This document shows, piece after piece, positions 33,262 through 44,694 of a stretch of DNA of 64,000 nucleotides. The notes under the pieces were generated by a model, which was not told where the DNA came from, made no database searches, and saw only the letters and a list, made by a program, of their open reading frames with translations. The first letter of the stretch is position 1, and each line of letters begins with the position of its first letter. This DNA comes from Parvibaculaceae bacterium (GTDB taxonomy: Bacteria > Pseudomonadota > Alphaproteobacteria > CGMCC-115125), in contig OZ245936.1 of assembly GCA_965229975.1 (NCBI GenBank), forward strand, positions 1,345,539-1,409,538. The letters are read 5' to 3'. Made by a program: the position numbers and the translations under genes.

Positions 33262-33978
33262 ATGCTGACGCGCAAGCAGCACGAACTCCTCATGTTCATC
33301 CACGAGCGTATCCGCGAAAGCGGCGTCTCGCCCTCGTTCGACGAGATGAAGGAGGCGCTGGACCTGCGGTCCAAGTCCGGCATCCACCGGCTCATCACGG
33401 CGCTGGAAGAACGCGGCTTCATCCGCCGCATGGCGCACCGGGCACGGGCGCTGGAAGTGCTCAAGCTGCCGGATTCAGCCGCCCCGCAGAATGCCCCTGC
33501 CGCGCGCGGGTTCTCGCCTTCCGTCATCGAAGGCTCCCTGTCGCGCCGTGAACCGGCCGCGCCGGACCGGCACGTGCCGATGCCGGCGGAAGCCGATTCG
33601 CTGCATCTGCCGCTCGTCGGCCGGATCGCTGCCGGTACGCCGATCGAGGCCTTGCAGGACGATTCGAACCATGTGGGCGTGCCCGCCAGTCTGCTTGGCT
33701 CCGGCGAGCATTACGCGCTCGAGGTGAAGGGCGACTCGATGATCGACGCCGGCATCTTCGATGGCGACGTGGTGATTATCCAGCGCGCGGACACGGCCAA
33801 TTCGGGCGACATCGTCGTGGCGCTGATCGACCAGCAGGAAGCGACCCTCAAGCGCCTGCGCCGCAAGGGCGACACCATCGCCCTCGAAGCGGCCAACCCG
33901 GCCTACGAGACCCGCATCTTCCCGTCCGACCGGGTCAAGGTGCAGGGCAAGCTCGTCGGCCTGATGCGCCGCTACTAG
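33262..33978 (+). CDS. lexA: SOS repressor LexA
   Basis: [12 protein letters not shown]....[19 protein letters not shown]; cleavage site IAAG.P; V.GDSMI..GI.DGD; ATLKR. The track ORF starts at 33172, but homologs begin at MLTRKQ. Confidence 0.98.
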   Translation: MLTRKQHELLMFIHERIRESGVSPSFDEMKEALDLRSKSGIHRLITALEERGFIRRMAHRARALEVLKLPDSAAPQNAPAARGFSPSVIEGSLSRREPAAPDRHVPMPAEADSLHLPLVGRIAAGTPIEALQDDSNHVGVPASLLGSGEHYALEVKGDSMIDAGIFDGDVVIIQRADTANSGDIVVALIDQQEATLKRLRRKGDTIALEAANPAYETRIFPSDRVKVQGKLVGLMRRY

Positions 33979-34001
33979 GCTCGCTACCGGGCCGCCTTCC
34001 C

Positions 34002-34196
34002 TCAGATGTGCTTCAGGGCCGTCTCGATGCCCTGAAGCCGCTTTTCCAGCCTGTCCAGGTTGCGCGAGCGCGTGGCCAGTTCGCCGAGGTGCGCCTCGAT
34101 GCGCAGCAGGATCTCGGTCGCATCGCGGCCGGGGTCGCCGGTCAGCGGCGGGGGTGTGTAGGCCTGCTTCTTCCTGAACGGATTGAACAGGGACAT
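34002..34196 (-). CDS. Small hypothetical protein with C-terminal coiled coil (64 aa)
   Basis: GGGAGG RBS 6 nt upstream; heptad pattern LLRIEAHLGELATRSRNLDRLEKRLQGIETAL; fills the lexA-comEC gap. Confidence 0.65.
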   Translation of the reverse strand: MSLFNPFRKKQAYTPPPLTGDPGRDATEILLRIEAHLGELATRSRNLDRLEKRLQGIETALKHI

Positions 34197-34261
34197 GGGT
34201 GGACCTCCCTTCGTTCCATCTGGTGTTCATTGTCCCGCGTTATGGGGCGCGAATAAGGCCG

Positions 34262-36447
34262 CTAGTCGTCGGCCCGGCAGCGTGTCCAGGGCCTTGCCCC
34301 GGTCACGTCGCAGGCGCTTACGAGGCGCAGGCCTGCTTTTTCGTCGGCATAGATCGCCTGCGCACCGCGCGCGTCCAGCGTGCCCCGGTCGATTATCAGG
34401 GGCGCTGCGCAGTTTCGCGGCGCATACATGTAGGCGACAACGATGTCGGCCCGAGCGAGTCCTCGACCAGCCCGCGCCAGTCGCCGGAGATTGCCGCAAG
34501 CTGCCCCGTTGGCAGCCGCGCCGTACAACCGGCTCCATCGCAGCGGAAGAGGCCCGGCACGAGGTCGCTGTGGCCACGCTTGTCTCCGTCGCGGCGAAGC
34601 CAGACATCGGCGCTGAAACTCCCGGCCCGGGCGTTGCTGAAGGCAAGCGAACCATCGGGCCCGCGAACCGCCATGATGGCGGCCTCCCGCTCGATGAGCG
34701 CGACAGGAGCCGGCTGGACGATTGCGAATCCCAGCCCCGCCACTATCCCCAGCGTCCCGGCCCAGCGCAAAGGCCCCCGCCACAGCGCGAGCCACAGGCC
34801 GCCCAGCACAAGCGCACCAAGCGCTGCCACCGGCATGGCGGGCACGACTGTCACCGAGCCCGGCCAGCTCGCCACGCTCTCCGCCACCCAAAGGATCGCG
34901 CCGATGCCCTGCCCCGCCACCCAGAGCGGGGCGGCTTCGAGGCCCAGCGGCATGGCGAAAAAGGCAGCCAGCGCGGCGGGCATGACGATGATGCCGACAA
35001 TGGGCATGGCCGCCAGGTTGGCGACGAGGCCGAAATCCACGACCCGGTTGAAATGGAACGCGGCAAAGGGCGCGGTCGCCAGCGAGGCGACGAGCGACGT
35101 GAGCCCGATGCCGGCGATGTAGAACAGCGCACGCGCGATGATCCCGCGCTCCGCCGCCCCCTCGTTCCAACGCGCCAGCACGGGCCGCGCTGCTTCGTAG
35201 AACGCGACCAGCGCGGCGGCAGCCGCAAACGACATCTGGAAACTCGCCTGTACCAGGCTTTCGGGTGCGAGGATGAGAACCACCATGGCTGCCAGCGCCA
35301 CGTTGCGCATGGTGATCGCCGGGCGGTCCAGCATCACTGCCGTGAAGATCAGCGCGAACATCACGAAGGCGCGCTGCGTGGCGACCGAGCCGCCGGAGAT
35401 GAGCAAGTAGGCGAAGGCGCCCACAAGCGCGGTGGCGGCCGCCCACTTCTTGATGGGCGCCGTCAGGGCAAGCCGCGGCGACAGGGCCAGGAGCCCGCGC
35501 ACGGTCCAGAACAGCGCACCGGCAAACAGCGCCATATGCAGGCCCGAGATAGCCAGCAGATGTGCAAGGCCCGCATCCCGCAGGTTGCTCAGGACTTCTT
35601 CCGGTATGCCGTCCCGGTCCCCGGTCATCAGCGCCGCAGCCACCGCGCCGCGTGGCGGCGGAAGGGCGGCGACGATGCGTTCCGTCAGGTGCATGCGCAG
35701 CCGTTCGACACCGTGCGCCAGCGTTGCGGCAAAGCCCGGCTCAGCAGCGCGCTCAAGCTGGATCGGGCCCACCGCGTAACCGACCGCCCCGAGCCGCAGG
35801 AAATAGGCCTGCCGCCCGAAGTCAAAGGCGCCCGGCGCCGCGGGGCCCGGCGGCGGCAGGAGGATGCCGAGAACGGACACCACGTCGCCCGGCCGTCCCG
35901 CCGTCGCGTCGGTCCGCACCTTGAGGCGGATGCGTGCCGGGACCTCCGCCGGGTCAAGCCGCGAGATCGTGTCGGGCGCGATGACGATCCGGTAGGCGCC
36001 GCCGTCCTGCCGGGTCTTGGATATGAGCGTCCCCGTGATCCACGCGGGGCCAGTCTCGCGCTCGATCACGGGCGCGGCCACCCGGTCCGCGCGCCAGTCC
36101 GCCACCGCGAAGCCCGCGAGCGACGCCGCAAGGCCGAGAAGCGCGATACGAAGGCCGAAACGCTGGCGCGCGAAGAGCGCCGAGAGCGCGAGAACCGCGG
36201 CAGCCCCTGCGGCAGGCCAGCCAACCGGCTCCACCGGCAAGGCGAAATAGGCCGCGATGCCGGACCCGAAAGCGACCGGAATCCAGAGACCGAGGCGCTC
36301 CGCGTTGGCGTCCCAGCCGGCCCGCAACGCCGCGCCCGCGGCGCGGCCATGCCGGGCGGCCCGGCGATAGACCGACAGGCCCATCCAGTTTTCGGCAGAA
36401 ATCTGCGAGATAGTCGCCCCCGGAGCCGCCTCCACAACCGCTTGCAC
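34262..36447 (-). pseudogene. comEC: ComEC/Rec2 competence DNA-uptake channel with a 1-bp frameshift near the 3' end
   Basis: DUF4131 and Competence domains (GL.HLLAISGLHM, GGSVATQRA, SFQMSFAA). Frame switches at ...LVED|S; the other frame continues ARADIVV...C.APLIIDRG.L...GA.AI...RPW to TAG at 34262. Confidence 0.85.
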
Positions 36448-36670
36448 GCGGCGTTTTCAAGGGCAATTCTATGCCGCAGTGCGGCGTATCGCGCCAGCAG
36501 CCAATATGCTAAAACCGCGCGGGCTTGCGGCAGGCGACCGTCCCCGAAGCGGACTGCCCGAGTTCCATCCCAGCGCGACCCCCGCGTTGCCGGCGCCTTG
36601 GCCGAGAGTGGCCGAAACGCCGCCACGTGCGCAGATGTGCCCAGCGCGCCAGATTGAATGAGGAGACCCG

Positions 36671-38083
36671 ATGGCGGCCAACGCAGCCGTTGTGACCCGT
36701 TTTGCCCCCTCGCCCACCGGCTTCTTGCATATCGGCGGGGCGCGCACGGCGCTGTTCAACTGGCTGTTCGCGCGCCATCACGGCGGGCAGTTCCTGCTGC
36801 GCATCGAGGATACGGACCGCGCCCGCTCGACCGACGAGGCGGTGGAAGCGATCTTCCGCGGCATGCGCTGGCTGGGGCTCGACTGGGACGGCGAGCCCGT
36901 CTTCCAGTATGCGCGCCGCGCGCGCCACGCCGAGATGGCGGAAAAGCTGATCGCCGAAGGCAAGGCCTACCGCTGCTATTCCTCGCAGGAAGAGCTCGCC
37001 GCCATGCGCGAGAAGGCCAAGGCCGAAGGGCGGCCGCAGGGCTATGACGGCACCTGGCGCGACCGGGATCCGGCGGATGCGCCGGCGGGCGTTGATCCCG
37101 TGATCCGCCTCAAGATGCCACGCGAGGGCGAAACGGTGATCCACGATCTCGTGCAGGGGGACGTGACCATGCCCAACGAGGTGTTGGACGATTTCATCCT
37201 GCTGCGTTCAGACGGGTCACCCACCTACATGCTTTCCGTGGTCGTGGACGATCTCGACATGGGCGTGACCCACGTCATCCGCGGCGACGACCACCTGACC
37301 AACGCGGCGCGTCAGCAGAACCTGATCAAGGCGCTGGGCTGGGAACTGCCGCAATACGCCCATGTGCCGATGATCCACGGGCCGGACGGCGCCAAGCTGT
37401 CCAAGCGCCACGGCGCGACCGGTACCGAGACCTACCGCGAAATGGGCTATCTGCCCGAAGCCATGCGCAACTACCTCGCGCGGCTCGGCTGGGCCCACGG
37501 CGACGACGAGATCTTTTCGACCGAGCAGGCCGTCGAATGGTTCGGCCTCGATGCAGTGGGCAAGTCGCCCGCGCGGTTCGACTTCGTGAAGCTTGCCAAC
37601 CTCAACGGTCACTACATCCGCGAGGCGGACGACGCCCGCCTGACGGACGAAACCCTGTGGCTCATGAAAGAGGTGAAGGGCTGGACGTTCGGCGACGACA
37701 TCCGCCCCAAGCTGCTGCAGGCCATGCCGGGCCTCAAGGAGCGCGCGAAGACGCTGGACGAGCTGGCCGAAGGGGCCCGCTTCCTCATCGCGCAGCGTCC
37801 GCTTGCTCTGGACGAGAAAGCGGCGAAGCTGCTGGACGACAAGGGCCGCAGCGTCCTTTCCGGGATCGCGCCGGCGCTTGAGGGCGTGGCGGCATGGGAA
37901 ATCGAACCGCTGGAGAGCGCCGTGCGCGACTTCGCGGAATCCAACAAACTGAAACTCGGCAAGGTGGCGCAGCCCCTGAGGGCGGCGCTGACGGGAACGA
38001 CCACGTCGCCCGGCATCTTCGATGTGCTTGCCGTTCTGGGCCGCGACGAGTCGCTTGCCCGCATCAAGGATCAGGCCGCCTGA
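36671..38083 (+). CDS. gltX: Glutamate--tRNA ligase
   Basis: [13 protein letters not shown] (HIGH), [17 protein letters not shown]. Confidence 0.99.
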   Translation: MAANAAVVTRFAPSPTGFLHIGGARTALFNWLFARHHGGQFLLRIEDTDRARSTDEAVEAIFRGMRWLGLDWDGEPVFQYARRARHAEMAEKLIAEGKAYRCYSSQEELAAMREKAKAEGRPQGYDGTWRDRDPADAPAGVDPVIRLKMPREGETVIHDLVQGDVTMPNEVLDDFILLRSDGSPTYMLSVVVDDLDMGVTHVIRGDDHLTNAARQQNLIKALGWELPQYAHVPMIHGPDGAKLSKRHGATGTETYREMGYLPEAMRNYLARLGWAHGDDEIFSTEQAVEWFGLDAVGKSPARFDFVKLANLNGHYIREADDARLTDETLWLMKEVKGWTFGDDIRPKLLQAMPGLKERAKTLDELAEGARFLIAQRPLALDEKAAKLLDDKGRSVLSGIAPALEGVAAWEIEPLESAVRDFAESNKLKLGKVAQPLRAALTGTTTSPGIFDVLAVLGRDESLARIKDQAA

Positions 38084-38214
38084 GAAGCGGCCGCCAACAC
38101 CGGGTCCGGCGCGGCAGCCGCCGTCCACGGGCCCAGACGATCAACCGGGGCACGCCGCCCCAAGGCCACCGCTGGGCGGCCAGACGGCGTGTCGGATACA
38201 ACGGGGCTTGAAGT

Positions 38215-39528
38215 ATGAACGATTATGGAATGACGGCCGGCCCGAAAGGCAGCGCGAAACTGGACGTAGACGGCGATAGCTACGATCTGCCGGTCTATGC
38301 GGGCTCCGTCGGCCCCGACGTCGTGGACATCTCGAAGTTCTACGGCCAGAGCGGCCGCTTTACCTACGACCCGGGCTTCACCTCGACGGCGAGCTGCGAA
38401 AGCAAGATCACCTATATCGACGGCGAAGAGGGCGTGCTGCTCTATCGCGGCTACCCCATCGACGAGCTGGCCGAGAAGGGCGACTTCATCGAGACCTGCT
38501 ACCTGCTCTTGGAAGGCGAGCTGCCGAACAAGTCGCAGTACCAGGAGTTCGAGCGCGCGATCACCTATCATACGATGGTGCACGAGCAGCTGACGTACTT
38601 CTATCGTGGCTTCCGGCGCGACGCGCACCCGATGGCGATCATGACCGGCGTTGTCGGCGCGCTGTCGGCTTTCTATCACGACTCGACGGACATCAATGAT
38701 CCCGAGCAGCGGATGATCGCCAGCCGCCGCCTGATCGCGAAGATGCCGACGATGGCGGCGATGGCCTTCAAGTATTCGCTCGGCCAGCCCTTCGTCTATC
38801 CGCAGAACGGCCTCTCATATGCGGAGAACTTCCTGCGCATGTGCTTTGCCGTGCCCGCGGAAGACTACAAGGTGGACCCGGTTCTGGCGCGCGCCATGGA
38901 CCGCATCTTCATCCTGCACGCTGACCACGAGCAGAATGCCTCTACCTCGACCGTCCGCCTTGCCGGTTCGTCGGGCGCCAACCCGTTCGCCTGCATCGCG
39001 GCGGGCATCGCGTGCCTGTGGGGCCCGAGCCATGGCGGCGCCAACGAGGCGGCGCTCAACATGCTCACGGAAATCGGTTCCGTGGACCGCATCCCCGAAT
39101 ACGTGAAGAAGGCGAAGGACAAGAACGATCCGTTCCGCCTGATGGGCTTCGGCCACCGCGTCTACAAGAACTACGATCCGCGCGCCCGCGTCATGCAGCA
39201 GACCTGCCACGAGGTGCTCGAGACGCTCGGCATCAAGGATGACCCGCTGCTCAACGTCGCCATGGAGCTCGAGAAGATCGCGCTCGAGGACGACTACTTC
39301 GTCGAGAAGAAGCTTTACCCGAATATCGACTTCTACTCGGGCATCACGCTTCGCGCGCTCGGCTTCCCCACCACCATGTTCACTGTGCTGTTCGCGCTGG
39401 CCCGTACGGTCGGCTGGATCGCCCAGTGGAAGGAAATGGTGGAAGATCCCAACCAGCGTATCGGCCGCCCGCGCCAGCTCTACACGGGCTACCCGGAGCG
39501 CAAGTACACGGGCATCGACAACCGCTAA
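38215..39528 (+). CDS. gltA: Citrate synthase, type II
   Basis: [51 protein letters not shown]. Confidence 0.99.
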   Translation: MNDYGMTAGPKGSAKLDVDGDSYDLPVYAGSVGPDVVDISKFYGQSGRFTYDPGFTSTASCESKITYIDGEEGVLLYRGYPIDELAEKGDFIETCYLLLEGELPNKSQYQEFERAITYHTMVHEQLTYFYRGFRRDAHPMAIMTGVVGALSAFYHDSTDINDPEQRMIASRRLIAKMPTMAAMAFKYSLGQPFVYPQNGLSYAENFLRMCFAVPAEDYKVDPVLARAMDRIFILHADHEQNASTSTVRLAGSSGANPFACIAAGIACLWGPSHGGANEAALNMLTEIGSVDRIPEYVKKAKDKNDPFRLMGFGHRVYKNYDPRARVMQQTCHEVLETLGIKDDPLLNVAMELEKIALEDDYFVEKKLYPNIDFYSGITLRALGFPTTMFTVLFALARTVGWIAQWKEMVEDPNQRIGRPRQLYTGYPERKYTGIDNR

Positions 39529-39553
39529 CTGCGGCTGTCGTCAGGCTGCGGAA

Positions 39554-40783
39554 TCAGGCGCCGGGGACCGCGGGCACACCCGCTCCCCGGCGTTTCTGTT
39601 CCTGCTCGGCAATGGCGTTGACGACCTCGGCGGCGCGCTTGGCGGGCGACAGCCCCTCCTCGGCGCCCAGCCGCTCGCGCAACTCGCCCATCGCTTCGAT
39701 GGCCGCGGTGCGCTCGGGCGTATCGGTCAGCAGCGGCAGCAGCGCCCCGGCAAGGTTTGCGGGCGTGCAATTGCCCTGGTGAAACTCCGGCACCGCCCGG
39801 CGGCCGAGCACGAGATTGGCCAGCACGATCGTATCGACCTTCACGAGCTGGCGGACGATGAACCCTGTGAGCCAGTCGATCCGGTAGCCGATAACGGTGG
39901 GCAGGCGCGCAAGGCCGAGCTCCAGCGAGACGGTTCCTGATGCGGCGAGGGCCGCGTTGGCAGCATCGAAGGCTGCGTATTTCTCTTCCTCGTCATCAAG
40001 AACGATCATGGGCAGGCTCTCGCCCGCAAGATGCTCGCGGACAAGGTCTGCAACATTGGGCACAGTCGGAAGAACCACAATGAGGCCCGGCAGCTGCGCG
40101 CGCAGCCTATGTGCGGTTTCCACGAATATCTCGATCAGCCGCTTTACCTCGTTCGGACGGCTGCCCGGCAGCATAGCGAGGACGGGCGCGTCGGCAGGGA
40201 TATTGTGACGCTGCCGGAACTCGGGCCCGCCCCCCAACTTGACGCGTTCCAGCACCGGGTGGCCGACGAAGGTACAGGGCAGCCCTGCCTTCTCGGCATA
40301 GAATTCGGGCTCGAACGGCAGCAGCGCAAGAACGTGGCTCAGATACGTCGCCATCTTCACCGCACGACCCTGGCGCCATGCCCAGACCTGCGGCGACACG
40401 TAATTCACGATGGGAATGTCCGGAGCGCGTTTGGCAATCCTCTTCGCGACGGAATGCGTGAAGTCGGGCGAATCGATGATGACCACCACGTCTGGGCGTT
40501 CGCGCACGGCCAGGTCCGCGGCCTCCCTCATGCGTCTGAGGATCAAGGGAAGGCGCGGGATGACTTCGCCTGGACCCATGACGGCGATATCGGCCATGGG
40601 AAAATGGCTGTCGAGGCCCTGCCCGACCATGCGTGCGCCGCCCACGCCGATGAACTCGACGGGGCCGGCGTGTTCACGGCGAAGCGCCGCCATGAGCTCG
40701 CCGCCCAGCGCATCGCCAGACGGTTCGCCCGCCACCAGCATGACCCTCAGCGCCGGCGTCGCACTCTGCGGCAGGGCGCTCAT
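39554..40783 (-). CDS. lpxB: Lipid A disaccharide synthase
   Basis: VAGEPSGD.LG, ID.PDF, YVSPQVWAWR, LPFE..FY, FVGHP, LPGSR..E, ASGT.SLE. Confidence 0.97.
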   Translation of the reverse strand: MSALPQSATPALRVMLVAGEPSGDALGGELMAALRREHAGPVEFIGVGGARMVGQGLDSHFPMADIAVMGPGEVIPRLPLILRRMREAADLAVRERPDVVVIIDSPDFTHSVAKRIAKRAPDIPIVNYVSPQVWAWRQGRAVKMATYLSHVLALLPFEPEFYAEKAGLPCTFVGHPVLERVKLGGGPEFRQRHNIPADAPVLAMLPGSRPNEVKRLIEIFVETAHRLRAQLPGLIVVLPTVPNVADLVREHLAGESLPMIVLDDEEEKYAAFDAANAALAASGTVSLELGLARLPTVIGYRIDWLTGFIVRQLVKVDTIVLANLVLGRRAVPEFHQGNCTPANLAGALLPLLTDTPERTAAIEAMGELRERLGAEEGLSPAKRAAEVVNAIAEQEQKRRGAGVPAVPGA

Positions 40784-41637
40784 TCGCCCTCACCACCGCT
40801 GACTTCATCATGCGCAAAGGCGTAGACGAACATGCCGGTCTCGTCAGCGAGGCGCGCCACATCGGCGCGGTCGAACACGATGGCCCCGCCCGCCTCGATG
40901 GCGATCCCGGCCAGACCGGCCTCGGCCGCCAGCTCAACCGTGCGCGTTCCCATCATGGGCAGATCGACGCGCCGGTCCTGCGATGGCTTGGGAAGCTTCA
41001 CGAGCACGCCGCGCCGGGACGACGGCGTGCCGCGGACGGCTTCGTCCAGTTGCGGGATCCGCCTCAGCATCTCATCGGTGCCTTCCGCCGCCTCGACCGC
41101 CAGCACCAGGCCGTCGCAGGCAACCGCACCTTGGCCCACGTCCAGGTCGTCGAGTGCATGGACGACACGGGCGCCGAGTGCAATGTCCTGCAGGTCGCTG
41201 TCACCCGGAGACACTTTGCCGACCGCACCCGCAGGGGCGACCAGATCCGAAAGCACATCCTCGGCGCCGACAACCCGGAAGCCTTCGCCCTCCATGTAGC
41301 GCACGAAGAAAGACAGCAGCGCGTCGTCCCCCTTCCGGGCTGCATTGAGGACCTTCGGCAGCAGCTTGGTCGCGGTCCAGTCGAGCTTCAGGCTCGAGAA
41401 GTCCGGGCGCTTTACGGGGCCGATGATGCAGACATCCTCACAGCCCGCCTTGCGCAGAACGTCAAGCGCCTTGCCTATGGAACCGAGAGCGACCCAGGCG
41501 TGTGGGTGTTGCTCTATGTCCCTGCGCGCTTCGCCCTCGATACCGACTACGTGGTAAGCGCGGCCGGACTTGACGCAGGTATCCGCCAGCTTGAGGGGCA
41601 CAGGGCCGGACCCTGCCACGATGCCGAGCTTGCGCAT
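40780..41637 (-). CDS. lpxI: UDP-2,3-diacylglucosamine pyrophosphatase LpxI
   Basis: GIVAG.G..P, G.VKRP, GDD.LL, D.GQ..V, A.EA.EGTD..L.R, K.PKP.QD.R.D.P; between lpxA and lpxB. Confidence 0.93.
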   Translation of the reverse strand: MRKLGIVAGSGPVPLKLADTCVKSGRAYHVVGIEGEARRDIEQHPHAWVALGSIGKALDVLRKAGCEDVCIIGPVKRPDFSSLKLDWTATKLLPKVLNAARKGDDALLSFFVRYMEGEGFRVVGAEDVLSDLVAPAGAVGKVSPGDSDLQDIALGARVVHALDDLDVGQGAVACDGLVLAVEAAEGTDEMLRRIPQLDEAVRGTPSSRRGVLVKLPKPSQDRRVDLPMMGTRTVELAAEAGLAGIAIEAGGAIVFDRADVARLADETGMFVYAFAHDEVSGGEGE

Positions 41638-41663
41638 AGTATTGTCCGGTTGCCGTCCGCGGC

Positions 41664-42485
41664 CTAGTCGTCGTCGCCAAGGCCGGCCTGGCCATTGTCA
41701 GGACGGGGGGTCACGAGCTTGCGCTTCGTGTCCGCGCGAATGAATGAGACGATATCCATCACCGTCTCATTGTCGCCGAACTCGGCCGCGACATCGTCCA
41801 CGCGCTCTTTGAGCGTGCCCTCTTCGGCAAACAGAAGGCGGTAGGCGCGCCGGAGGGTATGGATCTGTTCGCGGGAAAAGCCACGACGCTTCAGGCCGAC
41901 AATATTGAGCCCCTTCAGAACGGCACGGTTGCCCAGCACCGAGCCATAGGGGATCACATCCTTCTCGACCCCGGACATGCCGCCAACGATCGCGTGTTTG
42001 CCGATGCGCACGAACTGGTGTGCCGCGGTGAGCCCGCTCATGAAGGCGAAATCACCGACAATGCAGTGTCCGCCCAAGGTTGCATTGTTCGCGAAGATCA
42101 CGTTGTCGCCAACAATGCAGTCGTGCGCAACGTGAACCCCCGCCATGAAGAGTCCGCCGTCACCAATCCTGGTGACGCGCCCGCCATGTTCGGTCCCGGG
42201 GTTTATCGTCACGCCCTCGCGAATGACGTTGTTCGCGCCTATGACGAGCTCAGTCTTTTCCCCGGAGAACTTCTTGTCCTGCGGAACCATCCCGACAGAT
42301 GCAAATGGGAATACATGAGTCCCCGCGCCGATTGTCGTCCATCCGTCAACGACCACGTGGCTGTGGAGCACGACTCCTTCTCCAAGCACGACGCTTCCGC
42401 CCACGACCGTGTACGGACCGATTTCGACGCCGTCACCGATGGTTGCACCATCGGCCACCACGGCGGTCGGGTGGATTGCGGCCAT
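41664..42485 (-). CDS. lpxA: UDP-N-acetylglucosamine O-acyltransferase
   Basis: IHPTAVV, hexapeptide repeats, PQD.KF.GE, IRE.VTI, HVAHDC, AAHQF.RIG. Confidence 0.98.
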   Translation of the reverse strand: MAAIHPTAVVADGATIGDGVEIGPYTVVGGSVVLGEGVVLHSHVVVDGWTTIGAGTHVFPFASVGMVPQDKKFSGEKTELVIGANNVIREGVTINPGTEHGGRVTRIGDGGLFMAGVHVAHDCIVGDNVIFANNATLGGHCIVGDFAFMSGLTAAHQFVRIGKHAIVGGMSGVEKDVIPYGSVLGNRAVLKGLNIVGLKRRGFSREQIHTLRRAYRLLFAEEGTLKERVDDVAAEFGDNETVMDIVSFIRADTKRKLVTPRPDNGQAGLGDDD

Positions 42486-42985
42486 CAGGCCCCTCCTTTC
42501 GAGCCGGCGCCAAGGGCCGCATCGCGCTCCGCGATCATGGCGCTGAACTCGGCCTCTGCCACCAGCGTATCCCTGACCTTTGCCTTGCCGGAATATTTCC
42601 AGACGGGCCCGCGCGAACGCAGCATGTTTACGTGAAGCTCAAGCACGTCACCCGGAACGACCGGCTTGCGGAAACGCGCGCCGTCGATCGTCATAAAGTA
42701 GACCGTCTTGGTGTCGGCGACCGCACCCATGTCGTGCATCACGAGGGCACCGGCCGTCTGGGCCATCGCCTCGACAATCAGCACGCCAGGCATGACGGGC
42801 ATACCGGGAAAATGCCCGGTAAAGTGTGGCTCGTTGATCGTGACATTCTTGATACCGACGGCCGACCTGTTTCCATCCATGTCGCGGATCCGGTCTATCA
42901 GCAACATGGGATAGCGGTGCGGCAGCAACTCCATCACCCGCATGATGTCCGCCGCATCAAGTTCGGTCTTGGTTTCTTCGCTCAT
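42485..42985 (-). CDS. fabZ: 3-hydroxyacyl-ACP dehydratase
   Basis: LPHRYP.LLIDR, KNVT.NEP.F.GHFP..PVMPGVL..EAMAQ. Confidence 0.98.
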   Translation of the reverse strand: MSEETKTELDAADIMRVMELLPHRYPMLLIDRIRDMDGNRSAVGIKNVTINEPHFTGHFPGMPVMPGVLIVEAMAQTAGALVMHDMGAVADTKTVYFMTIDGARFRKPVVPGDVLELHVNMLRSRGPVWKYSGKAKVRDTLVAEAEFSAMIAERDAALGAGSKGGA

Positions 42986-43019
42986 CTCGTTCGGTCTCTA
43001 GCGCCACACCGGCCAGTTC

Positions 43020-44063
43020 TCAGGAGTTCTTGCGCCATCCCCGCTTGGCGAGCAGGGCAAGCGATGCAACCTCGCGCCGCCACTGGGCCATCGGCCGCGC
43101 AGGCACGCCGCCATATTGTGCCCCGCCGGGCAGGCTATGCGCCACGCCTGTCTTCGCCGCGATCATTGCTCCGTCTCCGATTTCCACATGGCCGGCAATG
43201 CCGACCTGCCCACCGACCACGACGCAGTCACCAAGCTTGGAGGAGCCGGAAACGCCGGACTGTGCAACGAGAATGTTGTTGCGGCCGACCGTCACGTTGT
43301 GCGCGACCTGCACCAGATTATCAATCTTGGTTCCGGCGCCGATGACCGTATCCGGTCCGCTGCCACGATCGATCGTCACGTTGGCGCCGATCTCCACATC
43401 GTCCTGAACGATGACGCGCCCGAGCTGGGGCACCTTCTTGTGACCTTCGAGGCCCATTGCAAAGCCGAACCCATCCTGACCGATACGTGTTCCAGGGTGG
43501 ATAACCACACGGTCGCCAATCAAGGCATGAGTTATCGTAACGTTGGGGCCAACCCAGCTCTCACGACCGAGAGTGACACTCGAACCAATCACCGTGTTGG
43601 CACCAATGACCGTGCGGGCACCAATCTCTGCGCCCGGTCCCACCACGGCGCCGTGCTCAATGACCACGTCGTCCGCGAGTGTTGCAGTTGGATCGACATG
43701 CGCGGTGCCGCTGATGCCCGTGCCGTCAACCCGCCCCGGCTGGCTTATTGCCCCTGGGTAAAAGAATGCCGCAACCTCAGCGAAGTCGGGGTACGGCGCC
43801 TGCGAGACAAGGAGGGAAATGCCGTCCGGCACCAGATGAGCATTGGCCTCGGAGATGACCACCGCGCCCGCCCGCGTCCGTGCAAGTGCGCTCTTGTACT
43901 TCGGATTATCCAGAAAGCTGACGTCGCTCGGTGTCGCCGCCTCAAGTGGCGCAACATCCTTCACAACGAGTTCGGAGTTGCCGCGCAGTTCCGAACCGAT
44001 GTGACTGGCGACTTCACTTAGCCTGAACGGCCCGGCATTCGTATAGAAGCGGGAATCGGCCAT
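43020..44063 (-). CDS. lpxD: UDP-3-O-acylglucosamine N-acyltransferase
   Basis: SFL.N.KY, hexapeptide repeats, IGQDGFGF, Q.G.V...DDVEIGAN.TIDRG, TKIDNLVQ.AHN. Confidence 0.98.
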   Translation of the reverse strand: MADSRFYTNAGPFRLSEVASHIGSELRGNSELVVKDVAPLEAATPSDVSFLDNPKYKSALARTRAGAVVISEANAHLVPDGISLLVSQAPYPDFAEVAAFFYPGAISQPGRVDGTGISGTAHVDPTATLADDVVIEHGAVVGPGAEIGARTVIGANTVIGSSVTLGRESWVGPNVTITHALIGDRVVIHPGTRIGQDGFGFAMGLEGHKKVPQLGRVIVQDDVEIGANVTIDRGSGPDTVIGAGTKIDNLVQVAHNVTVGRNNILVAQSGVSGSSKLGDCVVVGGQVGIAGHVEIGDGAMIAAKTGVAHSLPGGAQYGGVPARPMAQWRREVASLALLAKRGWRKNS

Positions 44064-44116
44064 TCATCAATCTGCTTTCATTCGGGCCGGCGATCGGTCG
44101 ATCCGCTGCCGTTCTG

Positions 44117-44692
44117 CTAGTTGTTCGACTTGGGCATGTCGACCTTGAGGGTTGGCATGCGCTTGTTCAGTCGCGCAATGACCTCGGACGTGATCTCGTA
44201 GTCGGTTCCGCCTATCAACACCATCGACCTGTCGACGATCATGTTGGCGCCACGCTCCGCGAGGACCTCCTTGAAAATCTCGTTCAGAACGCCGCTCACC
44301 TTGAGGCGGGCCTGGGTGGAAGCGGCCTGAACGGCGGATCGCCGAAGCTGGAACATCTGCTGGCTGCCGGCCCGCTCGGTCTGCAGTCTTTCATAGTCGG
44401 CGCGGACATCAGCTTCGGGCCGGCTCTGGGCGCTTGCGATGAGCGTGCGTTCGCGTTCCGAAAAAGCCGTTTCGGCTGCGTCGGCTTCCTTCTGAATTTC
44501 GCCGAGCATGCCCTCAAGCTGACCTCGAATGTCCTTTCCCACCTCGGAGTCCTTGAAGACGCGATCTATGTCGAGGAATAGCGCACGCGCGGGGGGAACC
44601 TGCGCTTGCGCACCCGCAATGCCCACTATCAGGAATGTGGCGGCGAGCAGGAAAAGGATCAGTCGGATCGGGAAGTTGTCGGCGTGACGCAT
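44117..44692 (-). CDS. skp: OmpH/Skp periplasmic chaperone
   Basis: Signal peptide, D..RV...S..GK, coiled coil, DIT..V..RLN; between bamA and lpxD. Confidence 0.8.
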   Translation of the reverse strand: MRHADNFPIRLILFLLAATFLIVGIAGAQAQVPPARALFLDIDRVFKDSEVGKDIRGQLEGMLGEIQKEADAAETAFSERERTLIASAQSRPEADVRADYERLQTERAGSQQMFQLRRSAVQAASTQARLKVSGVLNEIFKEVLAERGANMIVDRSMVLIGGTDYEITSEVIARLNKRMPTLKVDMPKSNN

Positions 44693-44694
44693 GA

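Noticed and set aside
34213-34228. SOS box upstream of the 64-aa ORF
   Set aside because: Spacing is N8, not the canonical N7; not called as a site.
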